Of a stretch of 64,000 nucleotides of DNA, positions 19,739 through 29,295 are shown piece by piece. Source of the DNA: Candidatus Poribacteria bacterium (lineage in GTDB: Bacteria; Poribacteria; WGA-4E; PCPOR2b); contig OZ220744.1 in assembly GCA_965116925.1 (NCBI GenBank), forward strand, positions 5,856,001 to 5,920,000, read 5' to 3'. The notes under the pieces are model-generated. The model was not told the origin of the DNA, ran no database searches, and was given only the letters and a program-made list of their open reading frames with translations. The position numbers and the translations under genes were made by a program. The number at the start of each line of letters is the position of its first letter. Position 1 is the first letter of the stretch.

Positions 19739-21604
19739 ATGGAAAGGAAACTTTTCGCTTTTTCGTGTATTGCGCTTCTGATTTCAATGGACGTATCTGT
19801 GCACGCAAGAGAATTGGAAGACAGAATCGTTTTCGTTTCCGAACGCCGGGGCACTCCCGAAGTCTTCCTAGTTGAAGGCTTAGATGGACGCCCCGTTCAA
19901 CTCACCCGGAATCTGTTTGCCCGTTCGCCCTCAATTTCACCAGATGGTACTGAAGTTGTATTTGTTTCTTACCCTCCGGCACAGGCAGCAAATATTCTCA
20001 AACTGAACATTGCGAAACGCCGAATTGAGCAGTTGACCCACAATGCCAAAAAGGATATCCGATACAGAAGCCCAGACTGGTCTCCTGATGGACGGGAAAT
20101 CCTGTTTATCATGGTTACAGGTCCACTAGAAGATTCAAGAACAGATCTTTGTGTGATGGATATTAAACAACGCCATATTCGACATATCCTTCAACCAAAT
20201 CCGCCAACAAGGATTTTTCATCCCAGTTGGGCTCCCGATAGTAACCGTATCCTATATTATCAGGATACCGGAGATAGTTCAGGGATATTTATCATTGACG
20301 ATAATGGGAATAACGTTGTGAATGTCCCGCAGGACCAACGCAAACCAGCATTCCTCCCCGCTTGGTCGCCGAAACGCAACCAAATCGGATACATCGATGT
20401 CGTAGGAAGCAGACATGTGCCGCGAAATCCACTGCAAATTTACAAGATGGATCTGACCAAAGAGAGTGTAACCGCTTTGACATTTGGAGATAATGAGGAA
20501 AACATTCCGTTAGCTTGGCACCCCGATGGACAGAAAATCCTATTTGTCAGGCTATACCTCTTCGATCAAGAAATTCTAGGGAGTGACATCTTCGTCATGG
20601 ATAACAATGGTGAAAATATAATAAATTTGACACAAACGCCAGAGATGGAAATGTCTGCCAGTTGGTCGCCTGACGGAGGACAAATTGTGTTTGACCGAGA
20701 GGTAGGGGAAGAGGAAATTGCAATTTTTATAATGGAGGCGGACGGTCAAAACCCGCAGCGACTCACGTTTCAACCCGGTCGAAACTTCGTACCCTCTTGG
20801 TCTCCAGACGGAAACACAATTGCCTTCCTCTCAGATCGAAATCGCGCACCCAGAATCTACACGATGGACACAGATGGGCAAGATGTCCAACAAATCGCGC
20901 ATCATCAGCGCCTATTTGATGGACCGCCAGCTTGGTCCCCAGATGGCAAATGGCTTGCGTTTATGTCTGGAGATACTCAGGGGTCGGGACTTTATGTCAC
21001 GGATCCACAAGGTCACAACGAAAATCTGATTGTCCGCTTGCCCCACTCGCTCCTATCTGCGCTAAATTGGGATCGTCCGACTTGGCACCCCGATGGTCAA
21101 CATCTCATCTACGTCGTCGAAGAGCAAAATTCGGAGGGTTTAATGAAAATTCGGATTGATGGGGATATGTCAACCCGGTTAAAGACTGGCGAACTTGTAA
21201 ATTGGTTAAGTCCTGTATGGTCGCCGGGAGGAAACCACCTTCTGTTTAGTGCGAGAGAAGCAAGAGAACCAGCGATTATCGTAGAATATAGAATGTTAGT
21301 GATGAATCTTGATACTGAACAAAAACGTGCATTCGTATTACCGGGAGCATTTGAAAAGGATTGGAGTCTTTTTGGATTGGTTTGGGGACCTGATGGGTCG
21401 CAACTCATCTTATCAGTATCAGTAGGAGGGAAGGATCATCAGCATTTGCTCTATCTAATCGATACTGTTAACGAAACCGTAACGCTATGGATGGAAGAGG
21501 GATACGAAGCGGATTGGGTCAGGCCCGGTTTCGTGTATGCGGTGGAGGCTGTTGGGAAACGGATCACAACGTGGGGAGAATTGAAAAAATTAGAAGAACG
21601 CTGA
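19739..21604 (+). CDS. Secreted TolB-like (PD40) double beta-propeller
   Basis: Signal peptide; many WSPDG repeats; C-terminal GKRITTWGELK. Confidence 0.88.
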   Translation: MERKLFAFSCIALLISMDVSVHARELEDRIVFVSERRGTPEVFLVEGLDGRPVQLTRNLFARSPSISPDGTEVVFVSYPPAQAANILKLNIAKRRIEQLTHNAKKDIRYRSPDWSPDGREILFIMVTGPLEDSRTDLCVMDIKQRHIRHILQPNPPTRIFHPSWAPDSNRILYYQDTGDSSGIFIIDDNGNNVVNVPQDQRKPAFLPAWSPKRNQIGYIDVVGSRHVPRNPLQIYKMDLTKESVTALTFGDNEENIPLAWHPDGQKILFVRLYLFDQEILGSDIFVMDNNGENIINLTQTPEMEMSASWSPDGGQIVFDREVGEEEIAIFIMEADGQNPQRLTFQPGRNFVPSWSPDGNTIAFLSDRNRAPRIYTMDTDGQDVQQIAHHQRLFDGPPAWSPDGKWLAFMSGDTQGSGLYVTDPQGHNENLIVRLPHSLLSALNWDRPTWHPDGQHLIYVVEEQNSEGLMKIRIDGDMSTRLKTGELVNWLSPVWSPGGNHLLFSAREAREPAIIVEYRMLVMNLDTEQKRAFVLPGAFEKDWSLFGLVWGPDGSQLILSVSVGGKDHQHLLYLIDTVNETVTLWMEEGYEADWVRPGFVYAVEAVGKRITTWGELKKLEER

Positions 21605-21658
21605 GGCACAGTCAATTTGCTTAGGTCACAGAAATCGACATGAAATTTTGTGAAGTAT

Positions 21659-22624
21659 TTATTTCTCCTCTCCTTCCAGAACTTTTATCTCGCCCCATGG
21701 CGTCAGTAACCTTGTCTTTGGAGACACTGCCAATTCACCTAGAACCCACGAACCGCCTATATCACTTGCTGGGTTTTGCGTGAGATTGGTTGGATTGTCG
21801 CCGTCAGCGTCCATAACATAAATCTCATAATTTCCATTGCGGTTTGAATCAAAACCAATTTTTCGACTATTCGGAGACCAGAAGGGATTTCTATTGTAAA
21901 CGGGGAAATCGTTAGGGAGGGTATCAGTATTGGTGAGTTGGACCTGCTCCGTACCGTCAGCATTCATGACATAAATATCCCAGTTCCCATCACGGTTTGA
22001 TCGAAAGGCAATTTTCCGTCCATTGGGAGACCAAGCGGGCTCCCTGTTAAAACCGATGACGAAAGTCAATCTGATAGGGCGTTTGCCGTTAGCATTCATG
22101 ACATAAATATCCCAGTCTCTCTCAAAGGCGATTTTTCGACCATCAGGAGACCAAGCAGGATCTTTATCGTCTGTGGGCCCTTCGGTAAGATTGACCGGGT
22201 TTTCACCGTTGGCATTCATGATATAAATGTCCCTGTCCTTTGCAAAGGCAATTTTCCGACCATCGGGAAACCAAGCAGGTGCATGGCTCCCAGGGTTCAA
22301 CGGTTGATTCGGGGTTAGATTGATGAGATGTTCGCCGTCAGCGTTATTCATAACATAAATTTTCCCGAATCTCTCAAAGGCGATTTTCCGTCCATCGGGG
22401 GACCAAGCGGGGTCAATATGGACTGATGCAGGATTTTTCGTGAGATTGCGCTGCCGAGAGCCATCAGACTTCATTACAAAAATGTCAAGTCTACCCTCAC
22501 GGTCTGAAGAAAAAGCGATCATTGAATCAAGCGATTGTGCTGGACTTGCTGACATTAGAACAAGACCTAGTATCACAATCAAGCGGAGTGGGTAGGCGAC
22601 TCGGTTCAACAGTAGAAATTTCAT
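21659..22624 (-). CDS. TolB-like beta-propeller (cassette gene A, copy 1)
   Basis: Signal peptide; PAWSPDGRKIAF repeats; C-terminal TPWGEIK. Confidence 0.88.
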   Translation of the reverse strand: MKFLLLNRVAYPLRLIVILGLVLMSASPAQSLDSMIAFSSDREGRLDIFVMKSDGSRQRNLTKNPASVHIDPAWSPDGRKIAFERFGKIYVMNNADGEHLINLTPNQPLNPGSHAPAWFPDGRKIAFAKDRDIYIMNANGENPVNLTEGPTDDKDPAWSPDGRKIAFERDWDIYVMNANGKRPIRLTFVIGFNREPAWSPNGRKIAFRSNRDGNWDIYVMNADGTEQVQLTNTDTLPNDFPVYNRNPFWSPNSRKIGFDSNRNGNYEIYVMDADGDNPTNLTQNPASDIGGSWVLGELAVSPKTRLLTPWGEIKVLEGEEK

Positions 22625-22831
22625 TTTGGGTTGTCTCCTTTCTATAGGGATAAACGATCGTTTGTGCCCACAATTGAGATTATGACAGTCAAGGAATGGT
22701 AGAATTTTTTCACAGAGCACTTGCATTGAGGTTTTGGCTCCCTGCTTCAATTTCAGTCGATATTTTTGTCATTTCTGGCAAATTTCCGAAACACCGTGAT
22801 TTTATACTACTCCGTCAGCAGCGATTGCCTT

Positions 22832-23803
22832 TCACTGCTTTTCTGATTTCAACCGCCCCCAAAATGTAACACGCTTGCCTCGTGTATCAACAGGAAGCGA
22901 CCGGTCGGAAATCACCCAAGTCGGACGTGTATCAGCGTCTGGATGTGTCGTAACCCGTATCTTATCCCCTCCATTAGTATTTACGATGTAAATGTCCCAC
23001 CCTGTTTTATTTACAAATGACATGAAGGCAACCCACTGTCCATCGGGGGACCACGCAGGAAGACGGTCTGGGGCGGGGTCATCAGTCAGTCTGACGATGT
23101 TAGTACCGTCGGCGTTCATCACGTAGATGTCCTGTTGGGCAATATTGTGTAGATTGGAATAGAAAGCAATCTTTGTCCCATCGGGTGACCAGTCGGGGTA
23201 TCGCCCCTTTGGACTCAGTTGTATTTGATTTCTCCCATTTCGGTCCATCACAAAGATTCCGCCCCCATGAAATGCGATTTTTTCGCCATCGGGAGACCAT
23301 GAGGTGCCGCCATACTCGTGTTTATCGTCCGCGTTTGTTAGCTGTTTCAATCCAGCTCCGCCTGCCTCTATAATACAAATATTCGCACGAATTTCGTCGC
23401 GTTGCCGACATACCAATGCCAACCATTCGCCAATCCCAGACCAAGTAGGGGTATAAAAATTCATCCCCCACGCCGCACGCCGCCACTTGGTAATATTCTT
23501 CTGTTTCCCAGTGCGAAGTTCAATCACAACGAGATGGCTTTCTCCCTTGTCAGCAAACTGACTCAAAGCAACAAATTTTCCATCAGGGGACCACGCCACC
23601 CCTCCAAATCCATTAGGATTTTCAAGCCATTTGCGCTCGTTGGTGCCATCGGCGTTAATCAGATAAACCGACGTTGAAATGCCTTCATGGGGTGGTTTAC
23701 TATCTCGATCGGAGAGGAACGCAATCGTGCCTGTTGGTTCGGCAGTCACTGACTGAAAGCCAAATGCTCCCCATACAAAGAGGATTAGCCATTTGAGTTT
23801 CAT
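22832..23803 (-). CDS. TolB-like beta-propeller (gene B, copy 1)
   Basis: Signal peptide; WSPDG repeats; C-terminal GKRVTFWGRLK. Confidence 0.88.
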   Translation of the reverse strand: MKLKWLILFVWGAFGFQSVTAEPTGTIAFLSDRDSKPPHEGISTSVYLINADGTNERKWLENPNGFGGVAWSPDGKFVALSQFADKGESHLVVIELRTGKQKNITKWRRAAWGMNFYTPTWSGIGEWLALVCRQRDEIRANICIIEAGGAGLKQLTNADDKHEYGGTSWSPDGEKIAFHGGGIFVMDRNGRNQIQLSPKGRYPDWSPDGTKIAFYSNLHNIAQQDIYVMNADGTNIVRLTDDPAPDRLPAWSPDGQWVAFMSFVNKTGWDIYIVNTNGGDKIRVTTHPDADTRPTWVISDRSLPVDTRGKRVTFWGRLKSEKQ

Positions 23804-23849
23804 CTTTTCACCCTACCTTTCCATTTCCCTCCATGTCATTCGCTTGGAA

Positions 23850-24761
23850 TCATAACCCTAATTTGACCTGCACCCAAGCGACAGGCAATTTCCGCATAGG
23901 ACTTATCGCTGCTGGACCATCAGGCCGCCAAGATGGCTGCCCGCCACGAAGCAGAATGCGCCGATCCTGCCCATTGGCTTTCATCACACCGATTTTACTC
24001 TCGCCAACCAACAACCAAAAGGCAATATGTGTTCCTGTTGGCGACCATGATGGATAATGTTCGCCACGAAAGCTGATCCGTTTGAAATTTGCCCCATCTG
24101 CTGCATCCATGAGGCAGATGCCCGGTTTAAGATTTCGATCTGAGTAGAAGGCAATTTGACGTCCATCAGGAGACCAAGCGGGCGCGGCATCATTGGATGC
24201 ATTATCGGTCAACCGACGTAATTTGTCTCCATTGACCTCGATGACGTAGATGTCGTGTTGCCGGTCATGCTGGATTATGAATGCAATCTGTTTTCCATCC
24301 GGCGACCAAACGGCGTCCCGGAAACCGTTATCCCACCCGTTGAAGAACACTTGGGTTTCTATCTCCGTTTCAAGATTAAAAACTATCAGTTCCTCAAATC
24401 TTGTAAAGAGAATTTTCGTGCCATCAGGGTGCCAGGCAGGACGCGCCCTTAACGGCATATTCCATCTTAAACGTTCCAGATTACGACCATCTGCATCTAC
24501 CACGAAAAGTTGACCCAAATCAGCAATAAATGCAATTTTTTTCCCGTCGGGTGACCAAGCTGGCCAATTTGGAATGGGCTTACTTTTTAAGGGTTGGGGA
24601 GCGGTTCCATCCGAATTGATGATAACAATTCTCCTTTCAGGGTTAAATGCCTTTGATACAAAGGCAATTTGGGAACCCCAAACAAGATTCGCTTTAGAAC
24701 CGAATCCCCCGATGCACCCAACCCCTACCGCAATGAATGTAACAAACAGGACTTTTTTCAT
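23850..24761 (-). CDS. TolB-like beta-propeller (gene C, copy 1)
   Basis: WSPDG repeats; C-terminal RKLPVAWVQVK. Confidence 0.88.
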   Translation of the reverse strand: MKKVLFVTFIAVGVGCIGGFGSKANLVWGSQIAFVSKAFNPERRIVIINSDGTAPQPLKSKPIPNWPAWSPDGKKIAFIADLGQLFVVDADGRNLERLRWNMPLRARPAWHPDGTKILFTRFEELIVFNLETEIETQVFFNGWDNGFRDAVWSPDGKQIAFIIQHDRQHDIYVIEVNGDKLRRLTDNASNDAAPAWSPDGRQIAFYSDRNLKPGICLMDAADGANFKRISFRGEHYPSWSPTGTHIAFWLLVGESKIGVMKANGQDRRILLRGGQPSWRPDGPAAISPMRKLPVAWVQVKLGL

Positions 24762-24952
24762 TCTGATTTCTCCCCCTTCGTAGTACAGTCGTATAACTCT
24801 TGTGGAATCGGGACTGATGAAATATTTTTCATCGAATCGGTGGAGATGAAAGACTCAGAGAACCGTTGCAAGAATCACGCCTAACAAGAGGATTCCGCTA
24901 TACGTTATGGAAAGACTTTTCATAGGAATCTACATGAGATTTTGTGGAGTAT

Positions 24953-25939
24953 TTATCTCCCATCTCCTTGGATGGTTTTTATCTTCCCCCATAGCATTAG
25001 TAATTTCATTTTGGAAGAAACTGCCAATTTCCCCGGTGACCACGAAGCCACTTCATCTTCTGCCGGGTGTTGGGTGAGATTGGTCAGATTTTCGCCGTTA
25101 GCGTCCATGACATAAATCTCAGGGTTTCCATCGCGGTTTGACCTAAAGATAATCTTCATTCCCTCTGGAGACCAGCTGGGTGCCCCGTCCTTTGCGGGGT
25201 TCCTGGTCAACCTGACGGGATTTTCGCCGTTAGCGTCCATGACATAAATCTCAGGGTTTCCATCACGAGTTGACTGAAAGACAATTTTTGTCCCATCTGG
25301 AGACCAGCTGGGTGCCCCATCCCATGCAGGGTTTCTGGTCAATCTGATGGTATTCTCACCATCAGCGTTCATAACATAAATCTCAAGATCCTCAAGGTTT
25401 CCATCGCGGTTTGACGCAAAAACAATTTTTGTCCCATCTGGAGACCAGCAAGGAACAACGTCCCTTGCTGGGTTTCTGGTCAATCTGACGGGATTTTCGC
25501 CATCGGCATCCATGACATAAACCTCGAAGTTTCCATCGCGATTTGACTCAAAAGCAATGTTTCTCCCATCTGGAGACCAGCGAGGCGCGGCATCAATTTC
25601 GGGGGTTCTGGTAAGCCTGACGAGGTTTTCACCGTTAGGGTTCATGACATAAATTTCATAGTTTCCATCACGTGTTGAGGTAAAAGCAATCTTTGTCCCA
25701 TCTGGAGACCAAGCAGGCAGGTAATCCCATGATGTGGGGTGTTTCGTGAGATTGCGCGACTGAGACCCATCAGCCATCATTATAAAAACGTCATGATTCC
25801 CCTCATGACTATCACGGTCTGAAGAAAAAGCGATCATTGAATCAAGCGATTGTGCTGGACTTGCTGACATTAGAACAAGACCTAGTATCACAATCAAGCA
25901 GAGTGGGTAGGCGACTCGGTTCAACAGTAGAAATTTCAT
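24953..25939 (-). CDS. TolB-like beta-propeller (gene A, copy 2)
   Basis: Nearly the same N-terminus as the 22624 gene; regular 44-aa repeats; C-terminal MLWGKIK. Confidence 0.88.
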   Translation of the reverse strand: MKFLLLNRVAYPLCLIVILGLVLMSASPAQSLDSMIAFSSDRDSHEGNHDVFIMMADGSQSRNLTKHPTSWDYLPAWSPDGTKIAFTSTRDGNYEIYVMNPNGENLVRLTRTPEIDAAPRWSPDGRNIAFESNRDGNFEVYVMDADGENPVRLTRNPARDVVPCWSPDGTKIVFASNRDGNLEDLEIYVMNADGENTIRLTRNPAWDGAPSWSPDGTKIVFQSTRDGNPEIYVMDANGENPVRLTRNPAKDGAPSWSPEGMKIIFRSNRDGNPEIYVMDANGENLTNLTQHPAEDEVASWSPGKLAVSSKMKLLMLWGKIKTIQGDGR

Positions 25940-26145
25940 TTTGGGTTATCTTCTTTCTATAGGGATAAACAATCGTTTGCACCCACAATTGAGATTATGA
26001 CAGTCAAGGAATGGTAGATTTTTTTACAGAGTACCTGCATTGAGGTTTTGGCTCCCTGCTTCAATTTCAGCCGATATTTTTGTCATTTCTGGCGAATTTC
26101 CGAAACTGCGTGATTTTATACTACTCCGCCAGCAGTGATTGCCTT

Positions 26146-27141
26146 TCACTGCTTTTCTGATTTCAACCTCCCCCAAAATGTAACACGCTTGCCTCGTGTA
26201 TCAACAGGAAGCGACCGGTCGGGAATCACCCAGGTCGGGCGTGTATCAGTGTCCGGATGTATTGTAACCCGTATCTTATCCCCTCCATTAGCGTTTACGA
26301 TGTAAATATCCCACTCTGTTTTATTTACAAATGACATGAAGGCAACCCACTGTCCATCGGGGGACCACGCAGGAAGACGGTCTGGGGCTGGGTCATCAGT
26401 CAGTCTGACGATGTTAGCACCGTCGGCGTTCATCACGTAGATGTCCTGTTGGGCAATATTGTGTAGATTGGAATAGAAAGCAATCTTTGTCCCATCGGGT
26501 GACCAGATGGGTCTGCTCCCCTTTCGACTCAGTAGGACTCGATTTTTCCCATTTCGGTCCATCACGAAAATTCCCCGCTTCTCTTTATCCGCGTCTCCCA
26601 CCCTAAATGCAATCTTTTCTTGATTGGGAGACCAAGAGGGACTGCTGTGTTCGTGGTTGTTTTCATGGAACGCGTTTGTTATTTGTTTTAACCCATCTCC
26701 ATCCATTCTTATAGTACAAATACTTGGAGGGAGCTCGCCGCGTGGACTACAAACCAATGCCAACCGCCTACCATCCCCAGACCAGGTAGGGGAGAAAAAA
26801 TCCATCTCCAGTTTGTGCCACTGTCTGGTAATATTCTCCTGTTTTCCGGTGCGAAATTCTAACACAAAAAGATTACTTTCTAGTCTGTCGTTGTACTGAC
26901 TCAAGGCAACAAATTTTCCGTCATATGACCATGCCACCTTTCCAAGTCCGTTAGGATTTTCAAGCCATTTGCGCTCGTTGGTGCCATCGGCGTTAATCAG
27001 ATAAACCGACGTTAAACGGCCTCTGTGAGGGGGTTTACTATCTCGATCGGAGAGGAACGCAATCGTGCCTGTTGGTTCAGCAGTCACTGACTGAAAGCCA
27101 AATGCTCCCCATACAAAGAGGATTAGCCATTTGAGTTTCAT
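26146..27141 (-). CDS. TolB-like beta-propeller (gene B, copy 2)
   Basis: Near-identical ends to 22832-23803 with a divergent middle. Confidence 0.88.
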   Translation of the reverse strand: MKLKWLILFVWGAFGFQSVTAEPTGTIAFLSDRDSKPPHRGRLTSVYLINADGTNERKWLENPNGLGKVAWSYDGKFVALSQYNDRLESNLFVLEFRTGKQENITRQWHKLEMDFFSPTWSGDGRRLALVCSPRGELPPSICTIRMDGDGLKQITNAFHENNHEHSSPSWSPNQEKIAFRVGDADKEKRGIFVMDRNGKNRVLLSRKGSRPIWSPDGTKIAFYSNLHNIAQQDIYVMNADGANIVRLTDDPAPDRLPAWSPDGQWVAFMSFVNKTEWDIYIVNANGGDKIRVTIHPDTDTRPTWVIPDRSLPVDTRGKRVTFWGRLKSEKQ

Positions 27142-27187
27142 CTTTTCACCCTACCTTTCCATTTCCCTCCATGTCATTCGCTTGGAA

Positions 27188-28099
27188 TCATAAACCTAAT
27201 TTGATCTGTCCCCAAGCTATATGCAATTTCCGCATAGGACTTACCGCCGCTGGACCATCAGGCCGCCAAGATGGCTGCCCGCCACGAAGCAGAATGCGCC
27301 GATCCTGCCCATTGGCTTTCATCACACCGATTTTACTCTCGCCAACCAACAACCAAAAGGCAATATGTGTTCCTGTTGGCGACCATGATGGATAATGTTC
27401 GCCACGAAAGCTGATCCGTTTGAAATTTGCCCCATCTGCTGCCTCCATGAGGCAGATGCCCGGTTTAAGATTTCGATCTGAGTAGAAGGCAATTTGACGT
27501 CCATCAGGAGACCAAGCGGGCGCGGCATCATTGGACGCATTATCGGTCAACCGACGTAATTTGCCTCCATTGACCTCGATGACGTAGATGTCGTGTTGCC
27601 GGTCATGCTGGATTATGAATGCAATCTGTTTTCCATCCGGCGACCAAACGGCGTCCCGGAAACCGTTATCCCACCCGTTGAAGAACACTTGGGTTTCTAT
27701 CTCCGTTTCAAGATTAAAAACTATCAGTTCCTCAAATCTTGTAAAGAGAATTTTCGTGCCATCAGGGTGCCAGGCAGGACGCGCCCTTAACGGCATATTC
27801 CATCTTAAACGTTCCAGATTACGGCCATCTGCATCTATCACGAAAAGTTGACCCAAATCAGCAATAAATGCAATTTTTTTCCCGTCGGGTGACCAAGCTG
27901 GCCAATTTGGAATGGGCTTACTTTTTAAGGGTTGGGGAGCGGTTCCATCCGAATTGATGATAACAATTCTCCTTTCAGGGTTAAATGCCTTTGATACAAA
28001 GGCAATTTGGGAACCCCAAACAAGATTCGCCTTAGAACCGAATCCTCCAATACCCCCAAATCCCACTGCAATGAATGTAACAAACAGAAATTTTTTCAT
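27188..28099 (-). CDS. TolB-like beta-propeller (gene C, copy 2)
   Basis: Near-identical to 23850-24761. Confidence 0.88.
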   Translation of the reverse strand: MKKFLFVTFIAVGFGGIGGFGSKANLVWGSQIAFVSKAFNPERRIVIINSDGTAPQPLKSKPIPNWPAWSPDGKKIAFIADLGQLFVIDADGRNLERLRWNMPLRARPAWHPDGTKILFTRFEELIVFNLETEIETQVFFNGWDNGFRDAVWSPDGKQIAFIIQHDRQHDIYVIEVNGGKLRRLTDNASNDAAPAWSPDGRQIAFYSDRNLKPGICLMEAADGANFKRISFRGEHYPSWSPTGTHIAFWLLVGESKIGVMKANGQDRRILLRGGQPSWRPDGPAAVSPMRKLHIAWGQIKLGL

Positions 28100-28607
28100 T
28101 CTGATTTCTCCTTCCCTCGTAGTAAAGCGGCATTTTTAATAGGTCAGAACTTTCGGCAGCTATGCTTCGATATTCCCCAACAACTTCATTAAGTTTTTGA
28201 AGGACATCAGCAGCTATCTGCTCAAGTTCTTCCGGCGTTTGTCCAAATTCATCGGTCTGCTCTATGTCATCAAACACAACGTCTTCAAACTCGGATAATG
28301 GGTTGCTGTTTAGCGACTCAAATTGTGGAAGGACTTCATTAATTTGCGTCGTATCTTCCTGTGTTGTCGTATCCTGATATATGGCTACTTCCCACTCAGA
28401 TGATGGATCATTTTGAAGATATTGGGCTTTATATCCAATAGATGAGACTGGCGGCACATCTAAATTAACCTTAACGGCGTTTGTTGACAACGATTCACGA
28501 AAAATGATCCACAAAAAAATGGAAAACAGGCAAAGTCCAATCCCAGTAACAAACATCGCGGTCGTCGCCAACTGAAGCCAGTCAAATCCCTTTTGCTGTT
28601 TCATCAT
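28032..28607 (-). CDS. Hypothetical membrane-anchored acidic protein
   Basis: AGGAGG RBS, N-terminal TM helix; 3' end overlaps the next gene by 68 bp, so possibly truncated or frameshifted. Confidence 0.55.
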   Translation of the reverse strand: MMKQQKGFDWLQLATTAMFVTGIGLCLFSIFLWIIFRESLSTNAVKVNLDVPPVSSIGYKAQYLQNDPSSEWEVAIYQDTTTQEDTTQINEVLPQFESLNSNPLSEFEDVVFDDIEQTDEFGQTPEELEQIAADVLQKLNEVVGEYRSIAAESSDLLKMPLYYEGRRNQNEKISVCYIHCSGIWGYWRIRF

Positions 28608-28676
28608 TTCCTCCTGTACTGCTCCAACGCTAAACTTTCCGCACAGATACCCCCTTCTGAGCAATGTAATACGGTT

Positions 28677-28935
28677 GGCTCATATCAAAAGAAAGTGCAA
28701 AATGCAAAAACGTGATGCGTGAAACCGTGAAGACTTTGTTCATGGGTTCATTAGTACATTATAGTGGATCTTAGAATTAATGAGACACCCAAAATCGGCG
28801 CAGTTGAAAACAGCGCCTACCAAACATGGGGAGCGAAAGTGTTCATTTATTTTTTGACTTCACTATAGTTCATTAATGAACGGGTAAACTAATGTACTCA
28901 ATCGGTTTCTGTTGCACGATTTCTTAACATGAGCC
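28677..28935. mobile_element. MITE-B containing a nested MITE-A (28760-28867)
   Basis: Outer GGCTCAT/ATGAGCC ends; inner TATAGTGGA/TTCACTATA ends. Confidence 0.78.
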
Positions 28936-29295
28936 AAGATATTTAGCAGCCCAAGAAGGAGGGGCATTGCGCTTGAAATGTGCTTGGGATTCATTGGAGG
29001 TTCCTCGCTGAATTTGTAGATTGGATTGATAAAGCGCAACTTTTGTACCAAACACATGCAAATTTCAAGGAGAAAGGCTGTCGGAGGGAATTGTTATGGA
29101 TTGACACGCTATCCGGCTCATCTTTCGCTTAAGCATGGGTCAGAAATTGCCCGACATCGTGCAAACCGGAGGTCAGTTTAGCTCCAAAGGTGCGAAGTGC
29201 CCAACACCGTATTGGTCCTTGGGTAACAAATCTGCAAAATCTATAAATCCGTGCTAATCCGTGATTCAGATGATTTTCCAATCATCTCTAAGCAT

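Larger units (their letters stand above)
21627..28125. repeat. Tandem direct duplication of a ~3.2-kb three-gene cassette (~21627-24785 and ~24921-28125)
   Basis: Homologous genes and intergenic DNA at an offset of 3294-3338 bp. Confidence 0.92.

Noticed and set aside
24788..24860. Hammerhead ribozyme (CTGATGA...GAAA)
   Set aside because: No NUH cleavage triplet is correctly placed between stems III and I.
19739..28099. Calling these genes tolB (Tol-Pal system)
   Set aside because: No TolB N-terminal domain and no tolQRA/pal neighbours.
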